Below are positions 24,991 to 38,099 of a stretch of 64,000 bases of DNA, one piece after another. The DNA lies in assembly GCF_009834535.1 (NCBI RefSeq), contig NC_045697.1, positions 108,688,001 to 108,752,000 on the forward strand, read 5' to 3'. The notes under the pieces were generated by a model that saw only the letters and a list, made by a program, of their open reading frames with translations, made no database searches and was not told the DNA's origin. Source of the DNA: Camelus ferus. Lineage: Eukaryota. Position numbers and translations under genes: made by a program. Within the stretch, counting starts at the first letter, position 1, and every line of letters begins with the position of its first letter.

Positions 24991-25104
24991 AGCATTCTTG
25001 ACACATGGTTTGGAATGGTGTTGCTGATTTGAGGTGGGATTCAGTTCTAAGCATTTGTGTCCTCATTCATGCAGAAATAATTTCTGTACAGTATCTTTGG
25101 TGAC

Positions 25105-25275
25105 CAGAGTACTCTTTAAAATCTAGATCAGACATGTCACTTCCCTGTTGAAAATCTCATCATAGCTTCACATAGCTCCTAGATCAAGAAATAATCTTCT
25201 TACCATATCCCATGAGGTCCCACAGGATCTCCTCCTCACTCTTGTTCTCTCTCTCTCTTTCTCTCTCACACCCAC

Positions 25276-25319
<44 letters not shown>

Positions 25320-25610
25320 CATCCTTCCCTCAACTCATCTCCCTCCATGCTTCTCTGGCTCATCTACTGTATCCACGCTGGCCACCTTTCTAGTCCTTAA
25401 AGTCTATTTCTGTCCCAGGTCCTCTCACTTGCTGTCTCGTGCGTGAGGATTGCTTGGCCCAGACTTTCACAAGGCTGATTCCTTCTTGTCAGTCAGGTCC
25501 CATCTCAAATGACACTTCTGTGATACTTTTCCTGACTCTACATTACTCTCTTTTGCTGACTTGACATTATCAATGTCTATCTTAAATTGTCTTATTTATT
25601 TGCCTTCTGT
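25105..25610 (+). mobile_element. L2 fragment containing a (CT)n(CA)n microsatellite (about 25247-25316)
   Basis: ctttaaaatctagatcagacatgtcacttccctg ... tcaggtcccatctcaaatgacacttc. Confidence 0.7.
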
Positions 25611-26113
25611 TTTAGAATGAAGAAAAATCAGAATAAAAACTTGCATGCACACCAATTACAACTAGAAAACAATAAACACATGAGAAAATCTATCACATTT
25701 ATAACACTGAAGTGATGGGAATTGATTATCTCTGATTTCTTTCACCTTTTTTTGTATTTTCCAAACTTTCTGTAATGTATTTATATTGTTTGATTGATTA
25801 AGACACAGATAGAAAAAAGTCATATGATCTTTAGAACCCACTAACTTCTTGTCATTTTTGTGAATAATTTCAGTCACCCTAGCCTTGATTTTCAGAAATT
25901 ATAATGACAGGTTTTGCCAACACCTAACCTTAGAAAATCTCTTGGGTGAAAAAAGAAGAAAGAAAAAAGTTACAAGGAGTGTTTGTTATGATAGCGCTCA
26001 TAATCATAAAGGATAAACTTGCACTGGGTCATTGTTAAAGCTGCCAAAGCAAAAACATAACTGTAATGGGTTTTCTGTACATATGCGTAAGCTTACATCA
26101 AGACGTATCAAAA

Positions 26114-26480
26114 GGGGCAAGGGTAAAGCTCAGTGGTAGAGCACACGCTTAGCATGCATGAGGTCTTGGGTTCAATCCCCAGTACCTCCACTAAAAAGTA
26201 AATACACTTATTTACCTCCCCTCCAAGAAAGAAATAAAATAATTTTAAAAAGCGGTTGGAAAGGGATAAATTTGTGAGTTTGAGATTTGCAAATGTTAAC
26301 CACTATATATAAAAATAGATTAAAAAACAAATATAGGAGCTATATTCAATATCTTGTAATAATCTTTAATGAAAAGGAATATGAAAAATGAATATATGTA
26401 TATATACGCATGACTGGGACATTATGCTGTATGCCAGAAATTGACACATTGTAACTGACTATTTCAATAAAAAAATTTTA
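26114..26480 (+). mobile_element. SINE (26114 to about 26250) joined directly to an L1 3' end (about 26253-26480)
   Basis: SINE head and tail followed by ggaaagggataaatttgtgagtttgagatttgc. Outer TSD aagacgtatcaaa (26100-26112) / aagatgtatcaaa (26481-26493). Confidence 0.85.
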
Positions 26481-27282
26481 AAGATGTATCAAAGATCAGA
26501 TGCAATAATAAAAGTTCTTAGAATTATTTGCCCCCATGCCACAGCCAAGTGCATAATGAAAAATGTCCATTATTTATTATGTGTAACATGGGAGTAGTTA
26601 ATTGAGAATAAAAAGGCTAAGGCCCAGGAATTCTACAATTTTTATTTTTAAATTGTATTTAAAATTTTTAAAGGTTGAACATACCAAAAAGCCTAAGGTG
26701 ATCCCATCTATTTCTTAGACACGGAAAAATCATATTTCTCTTTATCTCCAGACCTCCCCTGTTTCTTTCATGTGCATGGACCTTGGCATTTCTGCCCTCC
26801 CAGGCCTCTCAAGAACAACTTTCATACTTTAGGTCAAGGCTGATGGGAAATATCTCTAACAGAATCATGAATATTCTGGGAAAGATTTGAAGTGAGATAT
26901 GAAGTCACTATTTCAAAATGTCAGGGATCTAAATTTTACTTTAAAGATATTGTATAGACAATGTTTCCAGAAATTCCATACACTTAGTAAGTGTTTATGT
27001 TACTTTGTGTACTTTCCCAGTCTCTGTTGACTACTAAATCTACAGTTTAAAAGTGGTAAGCAGTATATTCATTCTGCTTTATGGCCTGAATTTTTCCATG
27101 TAGATAATCTGAAACCTCCTCACTTTCAAAGATGTTCAATTTTGCTAATGTAGTAATTCATTTAATCATTTTCTTATTTGGGGTTGAGTTGTTTCTGATT
27201 TTTTTTTTTTTTTATTATGCTGTCTCAGTTAAGACTCTGGTTATGACCAACAAAAAGTGATTCAAGTTACTTTAAGTTGAAA

Positions 27283-27527
27283 GGGTTATCCAGGGGGCCG
27301 GAGGGTGGGAAGGGATAGACTGGGATTTCAAAATTGTAGAATAGATAAACAAGATTATACTGTATAGCACAGGGAGATATACACAAAATGTTATAGTAGC
27401 TGACAGAGAAAAAAATGTGACAATGAGTGTGTATATGTCCATGTGTGACTGAAAAATTGTGCTAAACACTGGAATTCGACACAACATTGTAAAATGATTA
27501 TAAATCAATAAAAAATGTTAAAAAAAA
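27283..27527 (+). mobile_element. Young L1 3' end inserted in an MLT1-like LTR (about 27220-27960)
   Basis: gggaagggatagactgggatttcaaaattgtag ... A-tail. TSD aagttgaaa (27274-27282 / 27528-27536). Confidence 0.85.
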
Positions 27528-30505
27528 AAGTTGAAAAGTTTATTAAAAAGGTAGAAGGGTGTGTCATGGAGTCAAAGGGTAAAAATGCAGTTTGAGTGTC
27601 TGGAAGAAGCCAGAAAGTTGTCAGTCCATCCTCTGTTTATTTCTGTATTTCTCGGTGAATCTGCTTCATTGTTCTTTCCCTTGCCCTGATTGTCATTCCT
27701 TGTAGGGGAACAGAGTTATCCCATAGCTCGAGCTTATTTTACTCCCTGACCATCTGCTATTGAGACTCACCTGGGATTCTGCATTCTAGTTCCACATCCC
27801 AGCTTGCATTAAATCCATCCCCGGCTGAGTTGTAGATCAGGAGGTGGAATTATCCAGTACATACAAGGATGCCAGGGCCCATGTGGGGGAGGAGGGGCAG
27901 GAATTCCTAGATTAGACAAGTTCATGGGCTGGGCTGACCCCTAAAAGATGTCACTACCATGTGAGTAATGCTGCTATGAACAAGTGTGTGGAAGATAACT
28001 TTTTTCTTTGACCTTGGAGTATGTTCTTCAGAGTGGAATTACTGGGTCTCAGAGTGGGGACAGTCCATGACTTATCCTTTGACAACGTGAGCTGGGCCAT
28101 TCTGAGGCCAGGAGAGGAAATACGGGTGTTGGGAAATACTGGTCTGGCGACTCTCAAGAAACTCTCCCTTATCTCCATGATATGCCTTCTAAGGCACTGC
28201 CTGACCCATCCTCAGTGAGCACTAGAATGAATACACTCTTCACAGCCCTTTTTTTGGGGGGCGGGTGGGACTGGTCCACTAGTATTTACTGAACAGAAGA
28301 AATAAGAGGACAATCCAATCCAATGCATCTGTTATAGCATCACTTTCCTAAAGGGTGTCAAGAAGCTGCAAATGAGTTTCTTCTCACAAATAAATACCTC
28401 CCATCTTTTCATCTTTCCAACCGTTTTTGTATTTTCTGGCCTTTCTCACCTTCTCTCTACTTTCTCATCTCAGACCGAAGATCTGATCACTTTCCCTCTA
28501 AAATGCAGTACTAAGAAATTCTCATTGGCTTAAACTATTAGTTCCTCTAAGTAAACGACAACTTTTGAGGATATTGATTACCTAAGTACTTTACATTTTT
28601 CACATTTTTAACAAAATTAGTTTTTTTAAAGTTGGGGTCAGAATTTTAATCTCCCTTTGGATTCCTTAACTCCTAAATTTGGGAACTGGAGAGGAGTCAG
28701 TACAGGGTTTTAGGAAGTTGGGGGAAGCACAGGCTGGAGAGAACCAGGACTGAGGGTGTCCCATGGTGACACCATCCACGCTGGTCTAGCTTGGGAAACC
28801 ATGAAAGGGGCCACACTCAGGAGGAAGGAGAGGGAGGCATCTGACTGACAGGGAGGGAATGGCAAAGCGTGGCCTCTGGGCAGGCAAACTAGCTACTGAA
28901 ACTTAGGGTCTTGAGTGGGCAAGAAGGTAAAGCTTGTAGCCCAAGTGTCCAGATGCGTGTTGCAGGAGTGGATGAAAAACATGTCCAGCTCAAGGGGCCA
29001 GAAGGATAACCATAGAGGTTTGATTCCATACCTCAGCATCGAAGGAAATTTTTGCCATGTGTTTTCAATACACCATCATGCCCCAAATTGCCTTCTTCCT
29101 TCACTCTTTGTAATGCCCCCATGTTGCTTATTTAAAATTACACAATTCACAAAGGCAATGACTCTTGGTCAGAGCATTACTCTTGGTTCCAAGTCAGAGG
29201 TCTCATCCTCTGTCTTGTTTATAAATGCAAGTTACTGAGGCTGACATAGCCTGGCAGGTGTGTTCTTAGGACTGCAGGTGCCCTAGGCCGGGGCTGCAGC
29301 CCAGGCAGGGGAGGGGGCCCTGGAGGATCCTTTAGTTCTTAAGGAAATGCTTCCATGGGTGCAATGGGAAGGGATGGATCCTGGAGGGGTGGGGCCCTTT
29401 CCTTAGATCCTTCATCATTTTATACTCTCCCAGCTAATTTTAAGGGTATAAAGGGAATGGCAGCTGGCTTCTGAGTTTGCAGGGAAAAGTGCTAAAAGCA
29501 AATAAGCAGTTGGAAGTTGTCTTGAAGTTCATGGAATGAACTAAGCATCGATGTGTAATAGAGGGGCTAATAACTGTTCTGGGAACACTCTACCAGTATG
29601 TTAGAGAGATGGTTGGCCATTTGCTTTTAAAAATTCAAAGAACAGCAATAGCAAAAGCCACTCTAGCAGTTTTAGGGGATTGCTGTGGGCAAAAATCACA
29701 AAAGACGAGGGGAAGGGGGAGTGAGTGAGGGCCATTAAGCAGCTGTCTGTTAGGGAAGATTCAATTTAAAAAAAAGATAAACATCCATTGTCCTGTAAAA
29801 CAAATATTTTTGCAACATTTCCATCCCTGCCTCCTTACTCTGCTTTTTTTCAGACTTTGCTGGAATGTAGGATGGAAAAACAATGTGAAGCTCACATAGA
29901 ATATGGCTTGATCCCAGCCATCAGTATTGAGGGAAGTATTTGCCATGTGTTTTCAATACATTGTAATTCCCTAAAATTGCCTCCTTTCTTCACTCTATTG
30001 TAATTTCCCCCCATGTCGCTTTATTTTAAATTGTACGATTCATAAAAGATTAAGACTCCAATGAACATGCTCAAATTTCTCACTTGACATAGAATTGCTT
30101 GTGTTTCTGTCTTTTGTTAGTGACTAACCCTCTTGAATACTTAATTTTTAATAAATAATTAAGTGGTGTATTTCCTTTTATGTTCTTGGTTAGAAATGAC
30201 ATAATCAGGCATACTTTCCAATTTTGCAACTTTTTGGATAATGTATTTTTTGTAATGACGAATCAAAATAGATTAAATATTCAAATGCTTCCTTGAATTC
30301 AAAACAGAGACAAGGGGATTCTAGGAAAACACTAGGGAAATGTAACTCTGCAATGGAATTGTGTCAAATGAAACCTGGAGAGTAAACTGAGGAATGTCCT
30401 TCTTACCATAAACCCCGGAAGTGGAAGGAGAACTTTAAAAAAAAAACAGGAATATCTCAAAGGAGATGTTATTAACGCATGTAACAATCATTTCAATTAT
30501 TTCAG

Positions 30506-30601
30506 GTTATGTGTGATAACCTGAATCCAGCAAAATGAACATAATGGACTCTGATTTAACTAGGTGGGAGAACAATTTTTCAAAGCAGTGAACTCCAACT
30601 A
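30506..30601 (+). pseudogene. Candidate pseudo-exon
   Basis: Acceptor tttcaattatttcag (AG 30504-30505). Frame reads LCVIT*IQQNEHNGL*FN*VGEQFFKAVNSN, weakly like the RGS NLxFWxxVExF motif. Donor at 30564 or 30602. Confidence 0.35.
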
Positions 30602-30838
30602 GTATTTAGTAGAATTTTTTTTTCTCTATGCTATTGACCTACTTTCGGACGTGGACTCACGAATCCCAGGCTCCTAGGAGGGTAGGAGGAAAAGTTACTT
30701 GTTTATATTCTGCAATTTATTACATTAATTTATGGTCCTTCAAGTCTGGGCAGGGGCTGGGCTGTTCTTGTTTTATAGAAGAACCTTTTTGTCCTTTGTT
30801 GGGGACGTTTCCAGCAATTTAACAATTGACTCTAATAG

Positions 30839-31065
30839 GATCTTATGAATAAAACTAATGAAAACATGAAGAAATGAACTCTAGAGACCAAACATACAGT
30901 AGCTTATTGTTCACTCTCTGGAGAATAGAAATACCTTCCCTAACAAGGTACAATGGTGCAAACAGGAACTAACACTTGGGTTTCAATGAACAAGGCATTC
31001 AGGGTCATAAGGAGGCCAATACTGCTGACCTTAACCTGGTCAGTGAGAATGAACTCCGTCAGCAG
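30839..31065 (+). pseudogene. Candidate pseudo-exon
   Basis: AG at 30837-30838, donor CAG|GTATAA at 31065/31066. Frame reads KHEEMNSRDQTYSSLLFTLWRIEIPSLTRYNGANRN*HLGFNEQGIQGHKEANTADLNLVSENELRQQ. Confidence 0.4.
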
Positions 31066-31341
31066 GTATAAGCAAAGAGAGAAACGTGCTTCAGCTTTGG
31101 GCTGTGTTCAGATGATTTTTTAAGTTGTTTTAAGAGAGAAACAAGTTACAAAGTCTAGTTTTCTGTCTTTTGACCCATCTCAGTGTTGGTTTTTTTTTTT
31201 AAAGGATCTATAGATAATACGTAGTGTTTTCTCTTTCACCAAGGCCAATCCTTATTTTGCCTATTCTGTTGGATCTTGGGGAGTATATGGGAAACGTGGA
31301 AAGGGGGAGTTCATCCAATTGAAATATCCAGGTGGCTTTTT

Positions 31342-32059
31342 AAAATTTATTTTTTATTGAAGTACAATCAGTTATAATATGTCAATTTTTGGTGTCCAGC
31401 ACAGTGTCCCAGTCATGCATATATATACATATATATATTTATTTTAATATTTTTTATTAAAGATTATTATAAGATATTGAACATAGTTCCCTATGCTATA
31501 CAGAAGAAACTTTTAAAAAAATCTATTTTTATATATAGTGGCTAGCATTTCTAAATCTCAAACTCCCAAATTTATCCCTTCCCACCCCCTTTCCCCGGTA
31601 ACCATAAGATTGTTTACTATGTCTGGGAGTCTGTTTCTGTTTTGTGGGTGAGTTCACAGTATCCTTTTTTTTTTAGATTCCACATATGAGTGATATCATA
31701 GGGTATTTTTCTTTCTCTTTCTGGCTTACTTCACTTAGAATGATGATCTCTAGGTCCATCCATGTTGCTTCAAATGGCAATATTTCATTCTTTTTTATGG
31801 CTGAGTAGTATTCCATTGTATAAATATACCACAGCTTTTTTATCCAGTCATCTGTCAGTGGACATTTAGGTTACTTCCATGTCTTGGCTATTGTATATAG
31901 TGCTGCTATGAACATTGGGGTGCATGTATTTTTTTGAATTAGAGTTCCCTTTGGATATACACCCAGAAGTGGGATTGCTGGGTCATGTAGTAAGTCTATT
32001 TTTAGTCTTTTGAAGAATCTTCATTCTGTTTTCCTTAGTGGCTGTACCAAACTGCATTC
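31342..32059 (-). mobile_element. Lineage-specific L1 3' end
   Basis: ttagattccacatatgagtgatatcat ... catccatgttgc ... gctgtaccaaactgcattccc. TSD ccaggtgg(c/t)tttt at 31328 and 32060. Confidence 0.9.
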
Positions 32060-32894
32060 CCAGGTGGTTTTTAATTACCAAATTCTTCAATGTTATTAGG
32101 CCTATTATTGGAGTTGCAATCAAAGAGAGACTCAAGACACACCCCTTCACACCTCTTGGGACTCAGTGTTTCCATCTATAAAATGAACGCATGGGATCAG
32201 TGTTTACCTAAGTATGCTACCCCTAGCACTGGTTGTAGGTGCGATGATTTTAGGGGTATGTGGATAACTGCTCTAAGTTATGTATTTCTTTACTAGCTTA
32301 TAAAACTGTGATGTTTATGAATATTACAGCTTAGAAGTAAAGCAGGTATTAAGGTTTTTTAAAAGCCAGTCAACATCAAGAAAAATATTAAGTAAATGAT
32401 ATGAGGATATGTCATAAAATAGTGACATGTTATTTTTGAATGAGTAACATCTGGAAAATACTAGACTGGATTATCCCCAAAGTATGTTTTAGCTCTAAGT
32501 CTAAAATGTCTACAATTGTTAAGCCCTTGTTCCAAACCTTATTCACATTCACCATATTAGAGAAGCCAAAATTAAATAAAACAGACGAAGGTTAAAGAGC
32601 AGACGTGGAAAGGAAGAAAAGCAAAGTGCTTAGATAATACTTAGGCTTGAGAATCACTCAAGAATTAAAATTGGACACATATCCTTTGATTTTGACATGG
32701 AATTTTAGCATAACTGTCCAAGCAGCTTCATGCTACACTTTCATAAAAGCCTTTCAAAAGACCCCATCTTGAATGAAAAATTCTGTAAATGTGCCCCCAA
32801 ATGTTTATAGTCTGATCAACACTGGTGTTCTAAAAGAGTTGCCAATTCTATTGTGGTTGTCCTTTAACTGCTCGTTGGAATGGAAAGATAGTAA

Positions 32895-33090
32895 CATACA
32901 TACTGCCTTCATTTATTGGGTGCCCAGCAATGGCCTTGAACTTTACAAACTTGATCTTGTGTAATCCTCACAACAACCCTACAAAAGAGGTATTATTTCC
33001 CCTATTTTCAAGTTAAGAAACTGCAGCTCTTTGAGTTTCCTAACTTGTTAACTATCTTACCTAAGGGCTTATAGCTAGTCTGTGGTGAGA
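32895..33090 (-). mobile_element. MIR
   Basis: catttattgggtgcc ... taatcctcacaacaaccct ... attatttcccctattttc. Confidence 0.75.
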
Positions 33091-33637
33091 ACTTTTTAAA
33101 AAATGCCACTCAGGTCTGTCTCATTTCTAGGCTGACACTTGTTCTACAGCATAAAAGCTTCATGCTAGAGGATTAAAGAAACACCTCTCCCTCTCTTCGT
33201 GGGAAATAAAGAGGCCTTTGGACTTGACCCAGAAAAGCTTTAGGAAGAACTCACATTCTTGAAGAGGAGGTCAGAGACTCAGGCTGAAGTCGCAAGTACA
33301 GGGTAGGTCATTTCAAAGAAATGTGATCCTTGACCTTTGCCACCTCTGTCCAGATGGTTCATGCCACATTCTGGGTCCCTGATGGAGACTCTCCTTCTCT
33401 GAGCCTCTGCAGGGAACCACCCCTGCCCCTTACCCCTGACGCCTGACATGAAAGCTGGCATCTTTCTTCACTGCCCTGGTTTTCCTTCCCCCGCAGCTTA
33501 TCTGTCCATATCCCAGCGGACCAGCCTGTTCTCCCTGCCTCTCCACCAACTGTTAACTCTCAGCAGAAGGTGACCGCACTGTTGGCCAAAGTCGTACAAA
33601 GTCACCCCTTGACCTTTCCTTCCCTTTTGTCCTCAAG

Positions 33638-33894
33638 GAGTCCTCTTCAGAATGCTCTGAGAAGTCTAAGGAAGACCCACTACACATTCCTTTTTCTTTG
33701 AGAATTCTCTCTGCTGTCCAGAAGCAACGTGGGAGGATCTGAAGTTAGAGACTGTGTCCCCTTTATCCCTCTGGGAAAAGTTCTCAAACAAATTAACTTC
33801 ATTTTTTTAACTACAGTCAAAGAAGTATCTTATCAAATCGGGAAATAAAACAGAAAGCATTTACAGGATTTGGAAAGCAGTCTTAGTCATGAAG
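33638..33894 (+). pseudogene. Candidate pseudo-exon (frameshifted)
   Basis: Strong pyrimidine tract cctttccttcccttttgtcctcaag, donor AAG|GT at 33894/33895. Protein-like stretches occur in alternating frames (SPLQNALRSLRKTHYTFLF; FENSLCCPEATWEDLKLE; GKVLKQINFIF*LQSKKYL). Confidence 0.45.
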
Positions 33895-35114
33895 GTGCTA
33901 AGGAGAGAAGGAAGCTCGTCTAAGCCTACTTTGTTTGAAACACAAAGGCTTCAGTTACGGACAGCTGACAGGTGCCCAGCGCAGTTGCTCAAGGGCACAG
34001 AGCCCAGCACAGAAAATGTGGATGTCAGCCCTCAGTTTAATCCCACCCCCAATTGTCTGTTATCAGCGCCTTTCCCACTCACCGGTGAAACCCTAACGGA
34101 GGCCCATGTCCTCAGGAGAACTCTCCAAGGCCTGGCCAACCCACCTCGTAGTCTCTGTCTCAGCTTTGCAGGTCAAAAAAATGGCCCAATCTCAGCAATT
34201 CCAACCTACGTATTTCCTTCCCATCCCGGGAGGTGACACCTTCGCCTTGTACTTGATCTCTACCTCCTTCACTTTCAAGGGACATCCCTTCTGGATTGTT
34301 CCTTGGCGGGCCAGTCCCACATCCAGATACCATCGTTAGCACAGACTGATCCCCTGCATTTAGCTGGGCAGGAGCTCTGCTCTGTGGCCCCTTGTCCCCG
34401 CCCAGCTTGCTTGCGAGAGGGTTTGAAATGTACAAGGACCATATCCTGAGAAAAGTAGGGGACAGGATGTTCTTCAGGGAATTCCCACCACTGAGCAAAC
34501 CCCAGAGCCCACATAGTATATACATACACCCCAAAACATAAGCTGCTTCACCCTTACTACAGAGAAAGTGCACCAAATTTTTCTACGTTTATATTTTAAT
34601 TAATTTAACATTTTTAAAGTGCCGGTAGGTACCCACTACATTTATTTCATGACACATGAATGGGTTGTGATCTACTGTTAGAAAAATACCTTGCAGAGAA
34701 GGCCTTCTGGATAAATTCTTTGAATACAAGTGGAAAGTTATAAAAATGTGTTCCCCCGGAGGCTTGCTTTCCTGGGTGCCCTGACCTGGCCCTTCTTGTC
34801 CTGCCCCACTCTGAAGCCTGAGCTCTGAGTCTGAGAAGGAATCTTCTGGTCCTTCTCTTGTTCTGACTCAGGGCTTCCTGATTGAGGGGGCTCGACAGCT
34901 GCTTGGGGAACCTTGATCTTCCTTGCTTCTGCCTCCACTCCCCAGCTCCACGCCAGGCATCCTGTCTAGAATTTCTTGCCCCTTGAAAATGTGTGCACAG
35001 CCGTGATATGAAATTGTAGCTTTGGAGATTCATCCATTTGCCATTTTAACGATTCTACATTTTAGTTCAATTTTGAAAACTCAAAATGTATTTGGTACAC
35101 TTTGTCTTTTTTCC

Positions 35115-35300
35115 TATATATATTTTTATTGAAGTATAGTCAGCTTACAGTGTTACATCAATTTCTGGTGTATAGCACAATACTTCAGTCATATAGGGAC
35201 ATACATATATTTTCATATTTTTTTTCATCATAAGTTACTACAAGATATTGAATATAGTTCCCTGCACTATGCAGTATGAACTTGTTGTTTATCAGATTTT
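35115..35300 (-). mobile_element. Short lineage-specific L1 3' end
   Basis: tattgaagtatagtcag ... acaagatattgaatatagttccctgcactatgcag. Confidence 0.85.
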
Positions 35301-36831
35301 GTGAGTACCCTTCTGTATTTCAAAGCAAAAGACACTCTGCCAGAGTTCAGTAGTTTTCTGTGTGATTCAGTGGGTTTGTAGATATAATTCTTGGTGTATT
35401 TGTGGGAAAGGGCGAGCTGTGAATCTCTGCTCTGCCAGCTTGGCACCTCCCCCAGTACAGCTGATCTTAACAGATGACACCACACACAAACAAGGGCACC
35501 CAAGTACTAGCATCATCACCATCAGTTATTAAAATGATTGAGATGGAGAAATGGCACAATTATACTGCCCAAGTATATTTTTCAATGTCTATTCTATTCT
35601 CCAAGATCAAAAAAGTCAGAATTTTTCTTCAGTGCTTTTATTATAGATTGTGTTATTTATCAGTGGTTATTTGATTAATTGCAATCTCCTCCGTTAGTCC
35701 AAATTCAATGAGATCAGAAACTGTTTAGCTAACTCCCCAGCACCTAGCGCAATACTTGGTGTAGAGTGAGTTTCAAGAAATATTTGCTGAATGAATAAAT
35801 GAATGTTTCCTTCAAGAAGACTTCAGTAAGATTTCTTTTTCCACAAAGGCTTTGAACTTTCTTTCATGTCTTATAAACTAGAATACTGAATGTGAATTTG
35901 TCCCAGAATCAAAAAATTCATGTCTAACCCTACAGTGTTGAGTTATCTTAGGCTCCTAATTGAGGCATAGTCCTCCTAAAACAAACTCATCGGCATCCAA
36001 CCCCAAATGTAGCTTTCCAGTAATAATAGCTGCCGTCTATTGCACACCTAACTCTAGGAGGTGGGTACTATTATTGTCCCCATTTTACAGAAGAGGAAGT
36101 CGAGGCTCATAAGGGCTTAGTCTAGGTCACTAGATTCTATACATTTTGCTTTTATGTCATCCTGTTATGTAACACCTTGTTATCTTTTTAAAAGTGTTTT
36201 TTCTCTCCATCCTTCTGAGAATCTTTTGTACCAAAGGAGCAGTAAAAAAATGTCATGGAAAAGGAATGAGCTTTAAAATCAGGTTGTTCCAAAAGAGAGT
36301 GTGTAATGTCATAATGGAGTGGCTTCTTAAAGATGTTTACACACACTTTGAACATGCCTTTCAAAAAATTTGTCTTTTCTCAATGTAAGTGAGTGACCAA
36401 CCTTTTGAATAACATCATCACTGACTGATCTTAGATTATATTCTCTCCAGTAGAAAGGGATGTCAAAGTAACTGAGAGAAGTAGTCAGTTCTAAAATAAA
36501 CAGATTTTAAAATGAGGAATAAAAATTTGACGATAATAATAATTATTATTTGACGATAGTCGAGGGAAAAAGGCATTCCAAACAGTTTTGTAAAGTTATA
36601 AGAGGACGATTTTATTTATCTATAAGTCTATGAATAATTTCTACCTTGAAGCTTGGAAAGGGTTCTTGAGATGTATTTTAATCTGAAAGCTCTCTGCCTC
36701 TCCTCTTGTCAGTTTCCTCTAATTGAGTGGGTAGAATGTGTAAAAGGTGCCAAACGGGGCTCACAGGAGCATTGTGGTACATGCTTTCTGAATTTTACAA
36801 AAGCAGTGGCAATTTTTATTACTTTTCTCAG

Positions 36832-37016
36832 GGTTATTTGCATTTCAAAAGGACACATATCCTGATACTGTTTTGTCTCTCATAATTGATCATCATAGTG
36901 GCTTGCTTTAAGAATCTGGCCAGTAACAAACACAGTGACCACCCTGAGCATGCAACAAATGCTGAGTACGTGAAAACTGATGTTGGAATTGACCTCACCA
37001 AGCACTGCACTGAGAG
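36832..37016 (+). pseudogene. Candidate pseudo-exon
   Basis: Acceptor ttattacttttctcag (AG 36830-36831). Reads LFAFQKDTYPDTVLSLIIDHHSGLL, then after a frameshift KNLASNKHSDHPEHATNAEYVKTDVGIDLTKHCTE. Donor GAG|GTTGGT at 37016/37017. Confidence 0.45.
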
Positions 37017-38099
37017 GTTGGTGAAGATTGATCCGTGTCCTTTCTGCCCTCTTCTCTTCTCTTTCTTCATCCCACCTCTGACCTCAGGAACTAAATTGAG
37101 ATTCTTTCTGCTGGCTCATAGCCGGAAGGTGCCAATAATTAAGTAACAAAGTATTAGCTGGTAACGTTAAGGCAACCGCCCCCTTGGATTTCTGCCTGCA
37201 GCCAGTACAGCTGGGCTTGGACAGCTGCCAGGGAAGCCATGGTGGTCCAACCACCCAAAGAACAAACACATGGAATCATGTTTAGGTGCAAAAATCAAAG
37301 TGAGAACTGATGCAGGTAAATAATGTTGCCTTGATAGCCAACTCTGATCTTGTCACTAAGAAGTTAGGGATAAGGAGAGAAATAGATTTCAGTGTGACGG
37401 GGTTGATTGGTTATTTGGTAAGACTGAAGGAACAGTGGGAAAAGAATTTCACCCACTAATGAGGAGTACTTGTTACTCATCCTCCCTCACTGCCTCACCA
37501 TGTGGCCAGGGATGTCTCACCTGTCTGTCCTGGGAGTGTTCATATGCCTAAAAATGTATACCTGTTGAACAGAATCTCCAGAAACCTGGTTCCTTCCTTC
37601 CCATGTCAGGTGAACTACATTTTTTCCTTTCTTTTAGAAAAAGATACTATAGTAGCCATAGAAACATTATAATTTTTTAGAAAGCCATGTAAATATTGTA
37701 ACTCAAACAAAACTTTATTTTTGCGTGTTACTTCCCACATGACTGGTTCAAATATAGCTACACTCAGAGTGTATTTATACAGAAATATTATGCAGAAATA
37801 TTTAACAGTAAATAAATCCACCCACTTGAGCAAAAACCTGTTCTTTGATCTCGTCACTGAAATTTACTAAATACATTGCCAAATCTTTTACACATTCTGC
37901 TTAAGCTCTATTTCTCTCTCCTTCCAGGAGTAAAGGATCCTGCAGGACATTAGACGCTGCGCTTGACTTTTGGACATGTGCTGTCAATGGAATTTTAGTC
38001 TGTAAATGAAACCTCATATACAGTGGTCTAAACTGTGACCTTTGGGTTGTCCCAACTTTCTACTTGGTTTCAGCTTCTACATCTTTGTTAAAAATTCTT

